A stretch of 64,000 nt of DNA. Origin: Lachnospiraceae bacterium. GTDB lineage: Bacteria > Bacillota > Clostridia > Lachnospirales > Lachnospiraceae. The notes below the pieces were generated by a model. It was not told the DNA's origin. It worked only from the letters and a program-made list of their open reading frames with translations, and ran no database searches. Both the position numbers and the translations under genes were made by a program. This document shows, in pieces, positions 27,111 to 37,082 of this stretch (within the stretch, counting starts at the first letter, position 1; every line of letters starts with the position of its first letter). The stretch covers positions 18,493 through 82,492 of the forward strand of contig JAILBX010000208.1 in NCBI GenBank assembly GCA_024680675.1, given 5' to 3'.

Positions 27111-27720
27111 TCACCTCTCCCCCTTTCAAGACACTATTAAAATAGCAAAGTCCGGCGTTAACGGCATTTACCATTGCATTTGTGGTTATGGTAGCACCGG
27201 AAAGAGCATCTATCTCATAATCCTGTTTTGCACCGCTTTTACTATAAGCAAACTGAGCCACAGACTTCCCTCTGAACTGGTTTTTAAATTCCGGCTCATC
27301 AGCCTGCATTCCAAGACCGGGGGTCTCATCTATTGAAAGAATGTCTATGCCGTTTATTGTTCCGTCATGGGTAATACCAAGAGATATGACGATCTCTCCT
27401 CCATAGCCCTCATTTGTACTTATAAGCATAACATATCCAAGCTTATTTCCACTCTCACTGCAGGCAATATTGGATTCCACTATTGATTCCTTCTCAAATC
27501 CGTTTTCAGCCAAAAGCTGGTCAACTGAAGCCATATCAAAGTCTTCAAGGGGCTTAAATACAGACGCCTGTTCAAAAACATTTTTATAGGCCTCCTGCTT
27601 GGCCTTTTCCCTCTGTATGGCTATGGGCTCCTTTGTAAGCTCATAAACATAACCCAATAAAGCGCCGGATATGAGGGTTATGATGGTAAGGGTGATTACG
27701 CCCTTTATACTTCCTTTCAT
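27103..27720 (-). CDS. rnfG: Rnf complex subunit G (FMN-binding)
   Basis: Single TM helix and the flavinylation motif 'SGATITT'. The start is set at ATG 27720 (MKGSIKG), after the SD GGGGGAGAG, forming a TGATG overlap with the rnfD stop. Confidence 0.88.
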   Translation of the reverse strand: MKGSIKGVITLTIITLISGALLGYVYELTKEPIAIQREKAKQEAYKNVFEQASVFKPLEDFDMASVDQLLAENGFEKESIVESNIACSESGNKLGYVMLISTNEGYGGEIVISLGITHDGTINGIDILSIDETPGLGMQADEPEFKNQFRGKSVAQFAYSKSGAKQDYEIDALSGATITTNAMVNAVNAGLCYFNSVLKGGEVNE

Positions 27721-28649
27721 CAGGACTCTCCCCCCTTTCCAAAGCATTTAGGTACAGTGACCCTTTCAATAAGGGGAACCAGAAGGTTACTTATTATAAT
27801 GGCATAGCTAACACCCTCTGCAGCGCTTGAAAAGCTTCTGAATATAAAGGTTAAAAAGCCCATTATGATACCGTAAATATATTTTCCCTTATCGGTTATG
27901 GGACTGGTCGTATAGTCGGTAGCCATAAAGAAGGCTCCTAACATCAGACCGCCTCCGCAAAGCTGGGCTGCCAGATAATTAATATCAAATCCTCTGTCGG
28001 AAAAGATACCCATAAAAAGGATAAAACTAAGGAGATAAGAACCGGGTATCCTCATATCGATTATACCCATAACTATAAGGAGGATCGCTCCGGCAAGTAT
28101 GGCAATGGTACTGGTTTCACCTATTGTTCCGGGAATGGTTCCAACTATCATCTTAAATAATTCCACAGATGCCCCATCCCTGATAAGGGCAAGAGGAGTT
28201 GCCTGAGTCACACCATCATAGGTGAAATTTGTCATTTTGGCGGTAAAGCATATCATCAAAAAGCATCTTCCACCCAGAGCGGGATTCATAAAGTTCTGTC
28301 CGATACCCCCAAAGAGCATCTTTACTATTATAATGGCAAAAACACTTCCAAGCACAGCCATCCACCAGGGCAAAGTGGGGGGAAGGTTTAAGGCCAACAA
28401 GAGTCCCGTAACCACTGCACTCAGATCATCAATGGTCACCGGAAGCTTCATAAGCTTCTCATATATAAATTCACTTGCCACACAGCTGGCAATACAGACA
28501 GCGATAAGAACTGCCGCTCTGTATCCGAAATTCCATATTCCAAATCCCGAGGCAGGCAATAAAGCAATGATAACAAAGAACATGATCCTGCTTGTGGACA
28601 TTCTGCTTCTTGTATGGGGATTCGAAGAAACATGCATCATTTCATTCAT
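27720..28649 (-). CDS. rnfD: Rnf complex subunit D
   Basis: 309-aa polytopic RnfD/NqrB family protein in the conserved operon position. Confidence 0.9.
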   Translation of the reverse strand: MNEMMHVSSNPHTRSRMSTSRIMFFVIIALLPASGFGIWNFGYRAAVLIAVCIASCVASEFIYEKLMKLPVTIDDLSAVVTGLLLALNLPPTLPWWMAVLGSVFAIIIVKMLFGGIGQNFMNPALGGRCFLMICFTAKMTNFTYDGVTQATPLALIRDGASVELFKMIVGTIPGTIGETSTIAILAGAILLIVMGIIDMRIPGSYLLSFILFMGIFSDRGFDINYLAAQLCGGGLMLGAFFMATDYTTSPITDKGKYIYGIIMGFLTFIFRSFSSAAEGVSYAIIISNLLVPLIERVTVPKCFGKGGES

Positions 28650-28655
28650 ACATCA

Positions 28656-29972
28656 TCACCCTTTCTTTCTTTGGGCCAAAGCGATCTTTCGCATTGACTT
28701 TATACTTTGAGTAAGCTGTCTTTTAGCCGGACAGACATAACTGCAGCAGCCGCATTCGCAGCATTCAAGTCCGTTGAACTTTAAAAAGGACTCCATATCT
28801 CCATGCTCTGCAAAGTCTGCCAGCTTACTTGGCATAACTCTTCCGGGACATACATCTACGCATCGTCCGCAATTGATACAGTTTGTGGGCTTGCTTCTTG
28901 CAACCTCATCCCTGGTCAGACATAGCAGGGCCGAACTTATCTTAGTGGTTGGTACATTAAGATCAAAGAGAGCAAAGCCCATCATAGGACCACCGGAAAC
29001 AATCTTTTCAGCCTTTTCCTTTAATCCTCCGGCCTCCTCCAAAAGGGCGCCATAGCTCATACCGCAGGGGACTATATAATTTTTCGGGAATCTTACAGCA
29101 TCTCCCGTAACGGTTATTATACGTTTATAGAGAGGAATTCCTTCTATAACAGCGCTGTATATTGAACAGACCGTATCCACATTATTAACAATACATCCTG
29201 CATCAGCAGGCAGCATGGAAGAATTGATGACCCTTCTTGTGGCGGCATATATAAGCTGCCTCTCAGCACCCTGGGGATATTTTGTTTTTAATTCCTTAAC
29301 CGTTATTCTTGGCTCATCTAAGGTAAGCTCCCTTAGCTTCCTTATACAATCCGGTTTATTATCCTCAACTGCCAATATCCCTTCAGCATGATCATACAAG
29401 GCAAGCATTATTTTCAAGCCGTTTACCAGCTTTTCAGGTTCTTCGATCATTCTCCTGTAATCACTTGTCAGATAAGGCTCACATTCGGCACAGTTAACTA
29501 TAACGTAATATATTTTTTCGGGATCCTTGGGGGAGAGCTTGACATGGGTTGGGAAACCGGCTCCACCCATACCTACGATTCCGGCTTCTTTAATGATATT
29601 TATTACTTCCCCACGCCGCATTTCCGTTATGCTCCTTACAGGCATTCTCTCAGCAGTGGAGTAGATCCCGTCATTATCCAAAATAATGCTCTCTACCATA
29701 TCTCCTGTAAGCACTCTTCTTTTTTCAATTTTACTTATTGTTCCCGAGGCGGAGGCATAGATAGGTACAGACATGTAACCGTCTGCCTCTGCGATCTTCT
29801 GACCTGCCAATACGTAATCCCCCTGTTTAACCACAGGTATGGCAGGCTTTCCTATATGCTGGGACAGGGGGTAAACCATTTCAACCTGAGGGAAGAGCTC
29901 TTCCATCGGCTTATCTTTGGACAAGGACTTACCATCAAAAGGATGAATGCCGCCCTTAAATGTAAACGCCAT
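28656..29972 (-). CDS. rnfC: Rnf complex subunit C
   Basis: Contains 'GMGGAGFPT' and two 4Fe-4S motifs, 'CINCGRCVDVCP' and 'CCECGCCSYVCP'. Confidence 0.92.
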   Translation of the reverse strand: MAFTFKGGIHPFDGKSLSKDKPMEELFPQVEMVYPLSQHIGKPAIPVVKQGDYVLAGQKIAEADGYMSVPIYASASGTISKIEKRRVLTGDMVESIILDNDGIYSTAERMPVRSITEMRRGEVINIIKEAGIVGMGGAGFPTHVKLSPKDPEKIYYVIVNCAECEPYLTSDYRRMIEEPEKLVNGLKIMLALYDHAEGILAVEDNKPDCIRKLRELTLDEPRITVKELKTKYPQGAERQLIYAATRRVINSSMLPADAGCIVNNVDTVCSIYSAVIEGIPLYKRIITVTGDAVRFPKNYIVPCGMSYGALLEEAGGLKEKAEKIVSGGPMMGFALFDLNVPTTKISSALLCLTRDEVARSKPTNCINCGRCVDVCPGRVMPSKLADFAEHGDMESFLKFNGLECCECGCCSYVCPAKRQLTQSIKSMRKIALAQRKKG

Positions 29973-30029
29973 AACAACTTTCCTTTCTCTTTATAAATAT
30001 ATTCATTGCTTCATAATAAAATGTAAGGC

Positions 30030-30944
30030 TTAACTATTCTTTTCTTCTTCTGCTTGCTTTAGATCATCCATCAGTTTTTTTTTGGATTTCAATCTTGGAT
30101 AGGCTCGGAGCATACGGATCTTAATAAGGCTAAAATGTGATTTTCTTGATCTTGAAATAAAAATATCCGCAATTTTTCTGAATTTTTTTTTGCTCTCAAT
30201 ATCAGAATCAGACAGCTGATCAAGCCATTCAGACCAGACATTCTGAATAGCTTCAACTCTTTTTGAATATTTAAAAATATAATTCGATCTTATAATATTT
30301 CGTCTTAAGCTGTTAACCCTTTGTAAAATCTCCTCACCTGTATTATAGGCCCTGGTGTTCCTTAATCCGGCAGATATATAATCCATGGTATTTTGAAGCT
30401 TATTTACCATTTTGGCAATATCAACGGCGGCAATAGTTGCAAAAACAAAATCAAAAAAATATATAATGATGATAACAATATATATCTTTTTGCCCAGGCT
30501 CTTTGGATAAATATTTGTGACAAAATCCGCGGAGGGGATCATAAGCTTATATATCAATATGGATACAAGACCCCATAAAAGAGAAGCCTCCAGACAGATA
30601 ATACCCTTATAATTAAACTTTTTATCCGAATAATCCCACCAGCTTGTATGAAAGAGAGCCTGCATTATACCGGCAGTAACGAATTCAAGCAAAGTAGCCA
30701 ATAAAGCTCCTACTATAGCCAGAAGGAAGACATTATTGGCAAAGGGTTTTAAACATATATACTGTATGATCGCACCACAACCGTATATTGTACAAAAAGG
30801 GCCTGTAACATAGCCCCTGTTCACCAGCCTTTTTTCACTTACGGACACATACAGACTTTCCCAACACCATCCTACAAGGCTAAAAAAAATAAAATAGCCT
30901 ATAAGAGTGTATATTTTTGTTCCAAAAATATTTAAATCCCACAT
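30030..30944 (-). CDS. polytopic membrane protein (putative 'ABC-transporter type IV'/CmpB-like family, PF06541-like)
   Basis: The N-terminal 'LVGWCWESLYVS..RGYVTGPFCTIYGCGA' resembles that family, recalled from memory. It has a long basic C-terminal cytoplasmic tail. Confidence 0.5.
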   Translation of the reverse strand: MWDLNIFGTKIYTLIGYFIFFSLVGWCWESLYVSVSEKRLVNRGYVTGPFCTIYGCGAIIQYICLKPFANNVFLLAIVGALLATLLEFVTAGIMQALFHTSWWDYSDKKFNYKGIICLEASLLWGLVSILIYKLMIPSADFVTNIYPKSLGKKIYIVIIIIYFFDFVFATIAAVDIAKMVNKLQNTMDYISAGLRNTRAYNTGEEILQRVNSLRRNIIRSNYIFKYSKRVEAIQNVWSEWLDQLSDSDIESKKKFRKIADIFISRSRKSHFSLIKIRMLRAYPRLKSKKKLMDDLKQAEEEKNS

Positions 30945-31038
30945 ATTTGCTATTATAACTCAAATGAGTTATAAATAAAACAAAGATATTAAAAATCTGT
31001 AAAATCAAGAAAAGGGAAATTATCAAAAGGATCCTCTT

Positions 31039-32139
31039 ATGAAAGAAATCAGAAAGACCTATCCAAGTGAAAATACAGAATATGAACTCACAGGCTTTTG
31101 CCCCAGGGATAAAGTACTCTTTGTGGATATAGAAACCACAGGACTCTCCAAGGAAAGAAGCAATCTCTACCTTATAGGTGCAGGATATTTTAAGGATCAA
31201 AATTTTTGCACGATTCAATGGTTTGCAGAAGCCCCCCGGGAAGAGAACTTCATTCTGGATGATTTTTTGACCTTTGCAGAAGATTTTGACGGATTATTGC
31301 ATTATAACGGAAAGAGATTTGATCTTCCATATATTGATTATAAGGCAAAGCTGTATGGTTATGACAATCCTTTGAATTCCTTAAAAACCTTCGATATTTA
31401 TCTTACCATGAAGCCCTATCAGAAGCTTATGGGCTTTTCTTCCCTAAAGCAAAGAGATATTGAAAGATTTTTAGGAAAAGACAGCGACGATCCCTACACC
31501 GGCAGGGATCTCATATCTGTTTATTATGACTATGTGAGAGATCCTGATGAGGATAAGCTTAATTCTCTTTTGTATCACAATTTGGAAGATCTGAAGGGAA
31601 TATTATTTATACTGCCAATTATTAAATATGACAGTCTTAAGACTCTTTCACCAGGCCTAAAGGATATTGTAAAAAATTCCTATTCAGACTACCTGGGAAA
31701 TAAAAAAAATGAGCTGATACTTACTTTTGAACATGAGCTGACTTTTCCAAAGCCCTTTAAGTCTTTAAATAAGGACATCTTTCTGTCTATGTCAGACAGG
31801 GAGCTAATGATCAGAGTTCCTATAAAGGAAATGACCTTAAAGCATTTCTACGAAAACTACAGGGACTACTACTATCTTCCCCTGGAGGATACCTGTATTT
31901 TGAAAAGTGCTGCTCATGGAGTAAGCAGGGATAGACGGGAAAGGGCAAAGAAGGAAAATTGCTGTATGAAGAAAAACGGAAATTTTATTCCCATCTTCCA
32001 AATGCCTGCAAATGAACCTTCCTTTAAAACAGACTACAAGTCTGATATCAACTATATTATTTATGATGACTCCATATTGGAAAAAAAAGAAGTGCTGAAA
32101 GACTATGCTTCAGCACTCCTTGAATATCTTATAAAATAA
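31039..32139 (+). CDS. RNase H-fold exonuclease-like protein (YprB-like)
   Basis: The motif 'LFVDIETTGLS' followed by 'HYNGKRFDLPY' and 'YHNLEDL' resembles the DEDD/RNase_H_2 (PF13482-like) pattern. Confidence 0.6.
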   Translation: MKEIRKTYPSENTEYELTGFCPRDKVLFVDIETTGLSKERSNLYLIGAGYFKDQNFCTIQWFAEAPREENFILDDFLTFAEDFDGLLHYNGKRFDLPYIDYKAKLYGYDNPLNSLKTFDIYLTMKPYQKLMGFSSLKQRDIERFLGKDSDDPYTGRDLISVYYDYVRDPDEDKLNSLLYHNLEDLKGILFILPIIKYDSLKTLSPGLKDIVKNSYSDYLGNKKNELILTFEHELTFPKPFKSLNKDIFLSMSDRELMIRVPIKEMTLKHFYENYRDYYYLPLEDTCILKSAAHGVSRDRRERAKKENCCMKKNGNFIPIFQMPANEPSFKTDYKSDINYIIYDDSILEKKEVLKDYASALLEYLIK

Positions 32140-32148
32140 TCCATTTCT

Positions 32149-32931
32149 TTATAAGGGTTTCTGATAATAGAAAGAATTCCTTCTGACAAAACCATAGGAC
32201 TTATGATCTACTATCTGCTCGGTACTTCCGATAAATAATACACCTCCCGGTACCAGAGAATTATAGAATTTCTTGTAAATTTCAACCTTAGCTTCATCAG
32301 TGAAATAGATCAAAACATTTCTGCAGACTATAAGATGGCATCTGTCGGGATATTTATCCTTTAACAGATTATGCTCTTTAAAATCTACCCTTGATTTTAT
32401 CTCATCAGAGATCTGATATGAACCACCGATCTGTTTAAAATACTTATTCTTAAGATCACTTGGAACAGAAACCACACTCTTAGCTGCGTAAAGGCCAACC
32501 TTAGCCTGAGCTATAACCTGCTTATCAAGATCTGTAGCATTTATTCTTATCTGGTTGATAGGAATATGTCTTGATAAAGCCATAACCAATGAGTAGGGTT
32601 CATCTCCTGTGGAACAAGCCGCACTCCATACCTTAAGGTTCTTTCCATATTTAGCTGTAAGTTCAGGAATAAATTCCTTGTCCATAAGTGCCCATTGTTC
32701 AGGGTTACGATAAAATTCAGATACATTTATGGTAAGATAATTGATAAACTCGTCAAACAGGGATTTGTCTGTTTTTAGTTTATTTAAAAAATCTTCATAG
32801 CCTGTGGAATTATGTTTTCGTATCAGCGTATCGATCCTCCTCTTCATTTGCTTTTCCTTATAAGCAACAAGATCGATTCCTGTCATTTTTAAGACCTGTG
32901 CTTCGAATGTTTCATAATCCATAGCTGCCAT
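32149..32931 (-). CDS. cheR: chemotaxis protein-glutamate O-methyltransferase
   Basis: 260 aa with a CheR N-terminal helical domain and the SAM-binding motifs 'VWSAACSTGDEPYS' and 'IVCRNVLIYF'. Confidence 0.85.
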   Translation of the reverse strand: MAAMDYETFEAQVLKMTGIDLVAYKEKQMKRRIDTLIRKHNSTGYEDFLNKLKTDKSLFDEFINYLTINVSEFYRNPEQWALMDKEFIPELTAKYGKNLKVWSAACSTGDEPYSLVMALSRHIPINQIRINATDLDKQVIAQAKVGLYAAKSVVSVPSDLKNKYFKQIGGSYQISDEIKSRVDFKEHNLLKDKYPDRCHLIVCRNVLIYFTDEAKVEIYKKFYNSLVPGGVLFIGSTEQIVDHKSYGFVRRNSFYYQKPL

Positions 32932-32988
32932 TTAATGTCACCTCTATATTTTTTTATTTTTTTTATCTTTAATGATGATAGAAAAACA

Positions 32989-34209
32989 TCATTCTTCAGA
33001 AGCTTCAGCGGCCTCTTCGCCGGCCTCGGAAGCTTTTTCGCTCTCTTCTGTTTCAGCTTCCTCTTCCATTGCCTTACCAACTGCTTCTATATCAACTGAT
33101 GCAACTTCTGAATCATCATCGAAAGATTCATTTTTTTCTTCCTTCTCCTTCTCTACGGGAGGAAGTGTAGCTTTAATACTTAAAGAGATCTTCTTATCCT
33201 CAAGCTTTATATCTACTACCTTTGCAGTAACCTCGTCGCCTATGTTCAAAACATCTGCCGGCTTATTTATATGCTCTCTGGAAATCTGAGAAACATGAAG
33301 GAGGGCATCTATACCCGGCTCCAGCTCAATGAAAGCGCCAAAATCTGTCATTCTTGCCACCTTACCGGTAACAATATTTCCTATAGCATATTTTTCAGCT
33401 GCCTTATCCCAGGGATTTGAACCTTCAAACTTAAGGCTTAAGGCGATCTTGTTCTCATTGATCTCTTTTATAAGTACACTTAACTCCTGTCCGGGCTTAA
33501 ATGACTTCTTGGGATTTTCAACTCTTCCCCATGAGATCTCTGAAATATGAAGAAGTCCGTCAACTCCTCCAAGATCAACAAAGACACCGAAATCAGTCAC
33601 GTTCTTAACCACACCATCAACTGTGTCACCAACATGAATTCTTTCCAAAAGCTCCTTATATTTCTTCTCTTTTTCAGCAAGGAGAAGCTGTTTGCGATCA
33701 CCGATTATCCTTCTTCTTCTGGGATTAAACTCAGTGATAACGAATTCGATCTCCTGATCAAGATACTTTGAAAGATCTCTTTCAAAGCCATCCGACACAA
33801 GACTTGCAGGAATGAAAACTCTTGATTCCTCTATCTGTGCACAAATGCCGCCGTTTAAAACCTCAACTACGGGAGCTTTAAGTACAGTCTTATTGTTAAA
33901 AGCTTCTTCAAGTATCTTATTACCTTTATCAAGAGCAAGCCTCTTGTAAGTTAAGACTACCTGACCTTCACCATCGTTTACCTTTAAAACCTTAGCTTCC
34001 ATGGTGTCGCCAACTTTTACCGCAGCCATCAGATCAATGCCGGGGGTATTAGTATACTCTTCTTTAGTGATAATACCATCTGCCTTGTAGCCTATGTTAA
34101 GGATGATTTCATCAGGCTTAACATCAATGACAGTACCCTCTACTACCTCTCCGTTATGAATTGTTTTAAATGTCTGGTCTAATAGTTGGTCAAAAGTTAA
34201 TTCTGACAT
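32989..34209 (-). CDS. rpsA: 30S ribosomal protein S1 (four S1 domains, acidic tail)
   Basis: Four repeated S1/OB motifs (for example 'G.V..V..FGAFV.L..G.DGL.H.S'). It has its own SD, AGGAGG, 9 nt upstream of ATG 34209. Confidence 0.9.
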   Translation of the reverse strand: MSELTFDQLLDQTFKTIHNGEVVEGTVIDVKPDEIILNIGYKADGIITKEEYTNTPGIDLMAAVKVGDTMEAKVLKVNDGEGQVVLTYKRLALDKGNKILEEAFNNKTVLKAPVVEVLNGGICAQIEESRVFIPASLVSDGFERDLSKYLDQEIEFVITEFNPRRRRIIGDRKQLLLAEKEKKYKELLERIHVGDTVDGVVKNVTDFGVFVDLGGVDGLLHISEISWGRVENPKKSFKPGQELSVLIKEINENKIALSLKFEGSNPWDKAAEKYAIGNIVTGKVARMTDFGAFIELEPGIDALLHVSQISREHINKPADVLNIGDEVTAKVVDIKLEDKKISLSIKATLPPVEKEKEEKNESFDDDSEVASVDIEAVGKAMEEEAETEESEKASEAGEEAAEASEE

Positions 34210-35107
34210 GGGTTAGAACCTCCTGAATAATATTGTTTGGGGTAGAAGCTCCGGCAGTTATCCCTATGGATGAAGCTGCTTTTATTTTCACTAAATCCAT
34301 ACCTGAAACATTCTGTACAAAAAAAGAATTTTTGCATTCCTTCAGACATATCTCATACAGCTTTCGTGTATTGGAGCTCTTGGTACCGCCTATGATCAGA
34401 ATAGCATCCATTTTCTCGGCTAATTCCCTGGCCTCCGTCTGTCGCTCTTCTGTCGCGTTGCAAATCGTATTTACAATATTAACATAATAACAATTTTTTT
34501 TCAATATATCAACTATTTCTTTATATTTAAAACGATCAAATGTTGTTTGAAATACAACGCATACCTTAGATTCCTTCCCAAATGCTATTTTTTCGGCTTC
34601 CTTTGCATCTTTTATCACTATGGGCTCATTATTGCACCAGCCCCTTATCCCTATAAGCTCCGGATGGTTAATGTCTCCTACTATGATAACCTTCTCTCCC
34701 CGGCTGCTGGCTTCATCTACAAGTCTGTGTATTTTTTTGACAAAAGGACAGGTTGTGTCGATGACCTCAAAGTTTCTTGCTTCTATATCATCCTTAACTT
34801 CCCTGGTAACTCCATGTGTCCTCAAGATGACTGTTGCATTTTTATCCCTTATGCTGTCTGCTGAATCAATGGCGTAAACTCCCTTGTCCTCAAGCTCCTT
34901 TACCACCTCTTCATTATGTATTATGGGCCCGTAGGTGTATATGTTTTCCCGGGAGCCTATGATATCATAGGTCATATTTATGGCTCTGTTTACGCCAAAA
35001 CAAAAGCCGGCGTTTTTTGCAACAAAAACTCTGCCTCCGGATGCGGTATCAAACCATTTTCCTTTTATATCCTTATCTTCAAGCTTAGTATCCTTTTCAA
35101 TAGTCAT
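34190..35107 (-). CDS. ispH: 4-hydroxy-3-methylbut-2-enyl diphosphate reductase
   Basis: Contains 'AGFCFGV', 'TCPFVKKIH', 'GDINHPE' and 'TICNAT', covering the three cluster cysteines. Confidence 0.9.
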   Translation of the reverse strand: MTIEKDTKLEDKDIKGKWFDTASGGRVFVAKNAGFCFGVNRAINMTYDIIGSRENIYTYGPIIHNEEVVKELEDKGVYAIDSADSIRDKNATVILRTHGVTREVKDDIEARNFEVIDTTCPFVKKIHRLVDEASSRGEKVIIVGDINHPELIGIRGWCNNEPIVIKDAKEAEKIAFGKESKVCVVFQTTFDRFKYKEIVDILKKNCYYVNIVNTICNATEERQTEARELAEKMDAILIIGGTKSSNTRKLYEICLKECKNSFFVQNVSGMDLVKIKAASSIGITAGASTPNNIIQEVLTHVRINF

Positions 35108-35121
35108 CTTATGGCCTTTTT

Positions 35122-35805
35122 TTACATTCCTTCTTTATTATTAATTATAGAAAGGATCTTCTCTTTTACTTCTTCAATAGAAAGATTGGAAGAATCCACC
35201 AAAATAGCATCCTTAGCCTGTTTGAGAGGGGATATTTCCCTGTTCATGTCCCTTTTATCTCTCTCGATTATATCCTTTTCTATTTCATTTATATCGCAGC
35301 TTACCCCCTTGGCAAGCAGCTCTTCATATCTTCTTTTTGCTCTGATGGCACTTGAGGCGGTAAGATATATCTTAACCCCGGCATTTGGCAATACAACAGT
35401 GCCAATGTCTCTTCCATCCATTACAAGGCTTCTTTTTTCCGCAAGCTTTTGTTGAAGACTTACAAGCTTTTCTCTGACCTTAGGATTTGTGGAGCTGACA
35501 GAAGCCATATTTCCAACCTCTTCGGTCCTTATAAGAGAATTAACGTTTTCTCCGTTTAAAAGAACGATCTGTTCACCATTTACATGATCAATGGAAATAT
35601 CAGCCCTTGTGCAGGCCTCTTCGATCCTTTCCTTTTCATTGTATCCTATGCCCTCCCTGATAAGATAGAGGGCCATTGCCCTGTACATGGCACCGGTATC
35701 AACATAGATATATCCCTTTTCCTTTGCTACCTGCTTGGCTATGGTACTTTTACCCGCACCTGCCGGCCCGTCTATTGCCACCGATACAAGCTTTGAATCA
35801 TTCAT
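35122..35805 (-). CDS. cmk: cytidylate kinase
   Basis: P-loop 'IAIDGPAGAGKST' with full-length Cmk similarity. Confidence 0.92.
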   Translation of the reverse strand: MNDSKLVSVAIDGPAGAGKSTIAKQVAKEKGYIYVDTGAMYRAMALYLIREGIGYNEKERIEEACTRADISIDHVNGEQIVLLNGENVNSLIRTEEVGNMASVSSTNPKVREKLVSLQQKLAEKRSLVMDGRDIGTVVLPNAGVKIYLTASSAIRAKRRYEELLAKGVSCDINEIEKDIIERDKRDMNREISPLKQAKDAILVDSSNLSIEEVKEKILSIINNKEGM

Positions 35806-35807
35806 AA

Positions 35808-37025
35808 TTAAATACTCCTTCCTGCCAATGCCCCTGTTGACCAGGCGATCTGAAGATTAAAGCCGCCTGTATATGCATCCACATCTATCATTTCCCCTGC
35901 CACATATATGCCTTCATATTTTTTAAGCCTCATGGTTTTGGGATCTATTTCCTTTATGCTTATCCCGCCCCTTGTTATAATGGCCTCGTCAAAGCCTCTG
36001 TTTCCTGTAACAGTAAACTCAAGGGACTTTATCAGTTTTCTTAACTTTTCCCTCTCTTTTTTTGTTACAAGATTTACCTGTTTATAGGGATCGATGTCTG
36101 ACAGCTCGATCATAAGAGGGATCAGGGAAGCCGGAAAAAGATCCGACAGGGCGTTTCTGAACTGTTTATTACTGTATTTTGAAAAATCCGAAAGCAGTCT
36201 TTCATCCAGCTTTTTTTCATCAAGGGCGGGTTTGAGATCTATATATATCTTTGCACCATTGGTCTCATCCTCCTTAAGATGGCAGCTTGCACTTAAAACC
36301 AAAGGTCCACTTAAGCCAAAATGAGTAAAAAGAAGCTCTCCAAGGGAATTATAGAGGATCTTATCCTTTACCTTAAGAGTAAGCTCAACATTTTTTAGGG
36401 TTAAACCCTGCAGCTTCTTTACATACTCTTCTCTGACAGTAAGAGGCACCAAAGAGGGTTCAAGCTTTGTATGCTTAATAGAAAGCAGCTCCCCGAAATG
36501 ATCCGCTCCTCCATCAGAGCCTGTAGAGGGATAAGATCTGCCTCCTGTACACAGTATCACCCTTTGGGCTTCTATTTCCTTTTTATTATTTAAGACCAGA
36601 ATATATCTGTCTTCAATTATTTTTATATCTGTCAACTCAGAATTAAGCATCACTTTTATGCCTAATCTGTCAATTTCCTTTTTTAAAGTACTTATTACAT
36701 CAGAGGAATGGTCGGATATGGGAAAAACCCTGTTACCTCTTTCAATCTTAAGCTTCAAGCCAAGTCTTTCAAAAAAATCCTCTGTAGCCCTTGGATCCAG
36801 ACCGGCTATTGAACTGTAGAGAAATTTTTTATTGCTTATAACGTTATCAAAAAAAGTTTCCCTGTCGCAATCGTTGGTGATATTGCAGCGGCCTTTACCT
36901 GTAATGAAGAGCTTTTTCCCAAGCTTTTCATTCTTTTCAATGATAGTGACCTCATGTCCCTTTTCTGCGGCGTTTATGGCGGCCATCATTCCGGCCGCTC
37001 CTGCGCCAATAACATAAACCTTCAT
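35808..37025 (-). CDS. HI0933/YhiN-family FAD-dependent oxidoreductase
   Basis: Dinucleotide motif 'VIGAGAAGMMAA' and 'TGKGRCNITN', typical of the HI0933-like flavoproteins. Confidence 0.8.
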   Translation of the reverse strand: MKVYVIGAGAAGMMAAINAAEKGHEVTIIEKNEKLGKKLFITGKGRCNITNDCDRETFFDNVISNKKFLYSSIAGLDPRATEDFFERLGLKLKIERGNRVFPISDHSSDVISTLKKEIDRLGIKVMLNSELTDIKIIEDRYILVLNNKKEIEAQRVILCTGGRSYPSTGSDGGADHFGELLSIKHTKLEPSLVPLTVREEYVKKLQGLTLKNVELTLKVKDKILYNSLGELLFTHFGLSGPLVLSASCHLKEDETNGAKIYIDLKPALDEKKLDERLLSDFSKYSNKQFRNALSDLFPASLIPLMIELSDIDPYKQVNLVTKKEREKLRKLIKSLEFTVTGNRGFDEAIITRGGISIKEIDPKTMRLKKYEGIYVAGEMIDVDAYTGGFNLQIAWSTGALAGRSI

Positions 37026-37046
37026 ATTTATTTCCTGAGAGAGTAA

Positions 37047-37071
37047 ATGGTGTTCAATTAATGAACACCAT
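37047..37071. promoter_or_regulatory. perfect 10-bp inverted repeat (ATGGTGTTCA-ATTAA-TGAACACCAT), a candidate TetR operator or hairpin
   Basis: Seen directly in the 57-nt gap between the TetR stop (37083) and the flavoprotein start (37025). No U-tract follows on the minus strand. Confidence 0.3.
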
Positions 37072-37082
37072 CTACTGAAAAT

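Noticed and set aside
30075-30191. Two T9 homopolymer tracts (30075..30083 and 30183..30191) inside the membrane-protein gene, considered as phase-variation switches.
   Set aside because: They encode Lys runs (AAA codons) in a basic C-terminal tail in an AT-rich genome. Similar A/T runs occur in several other genes here, and there is no evidence of alternative reading frames.
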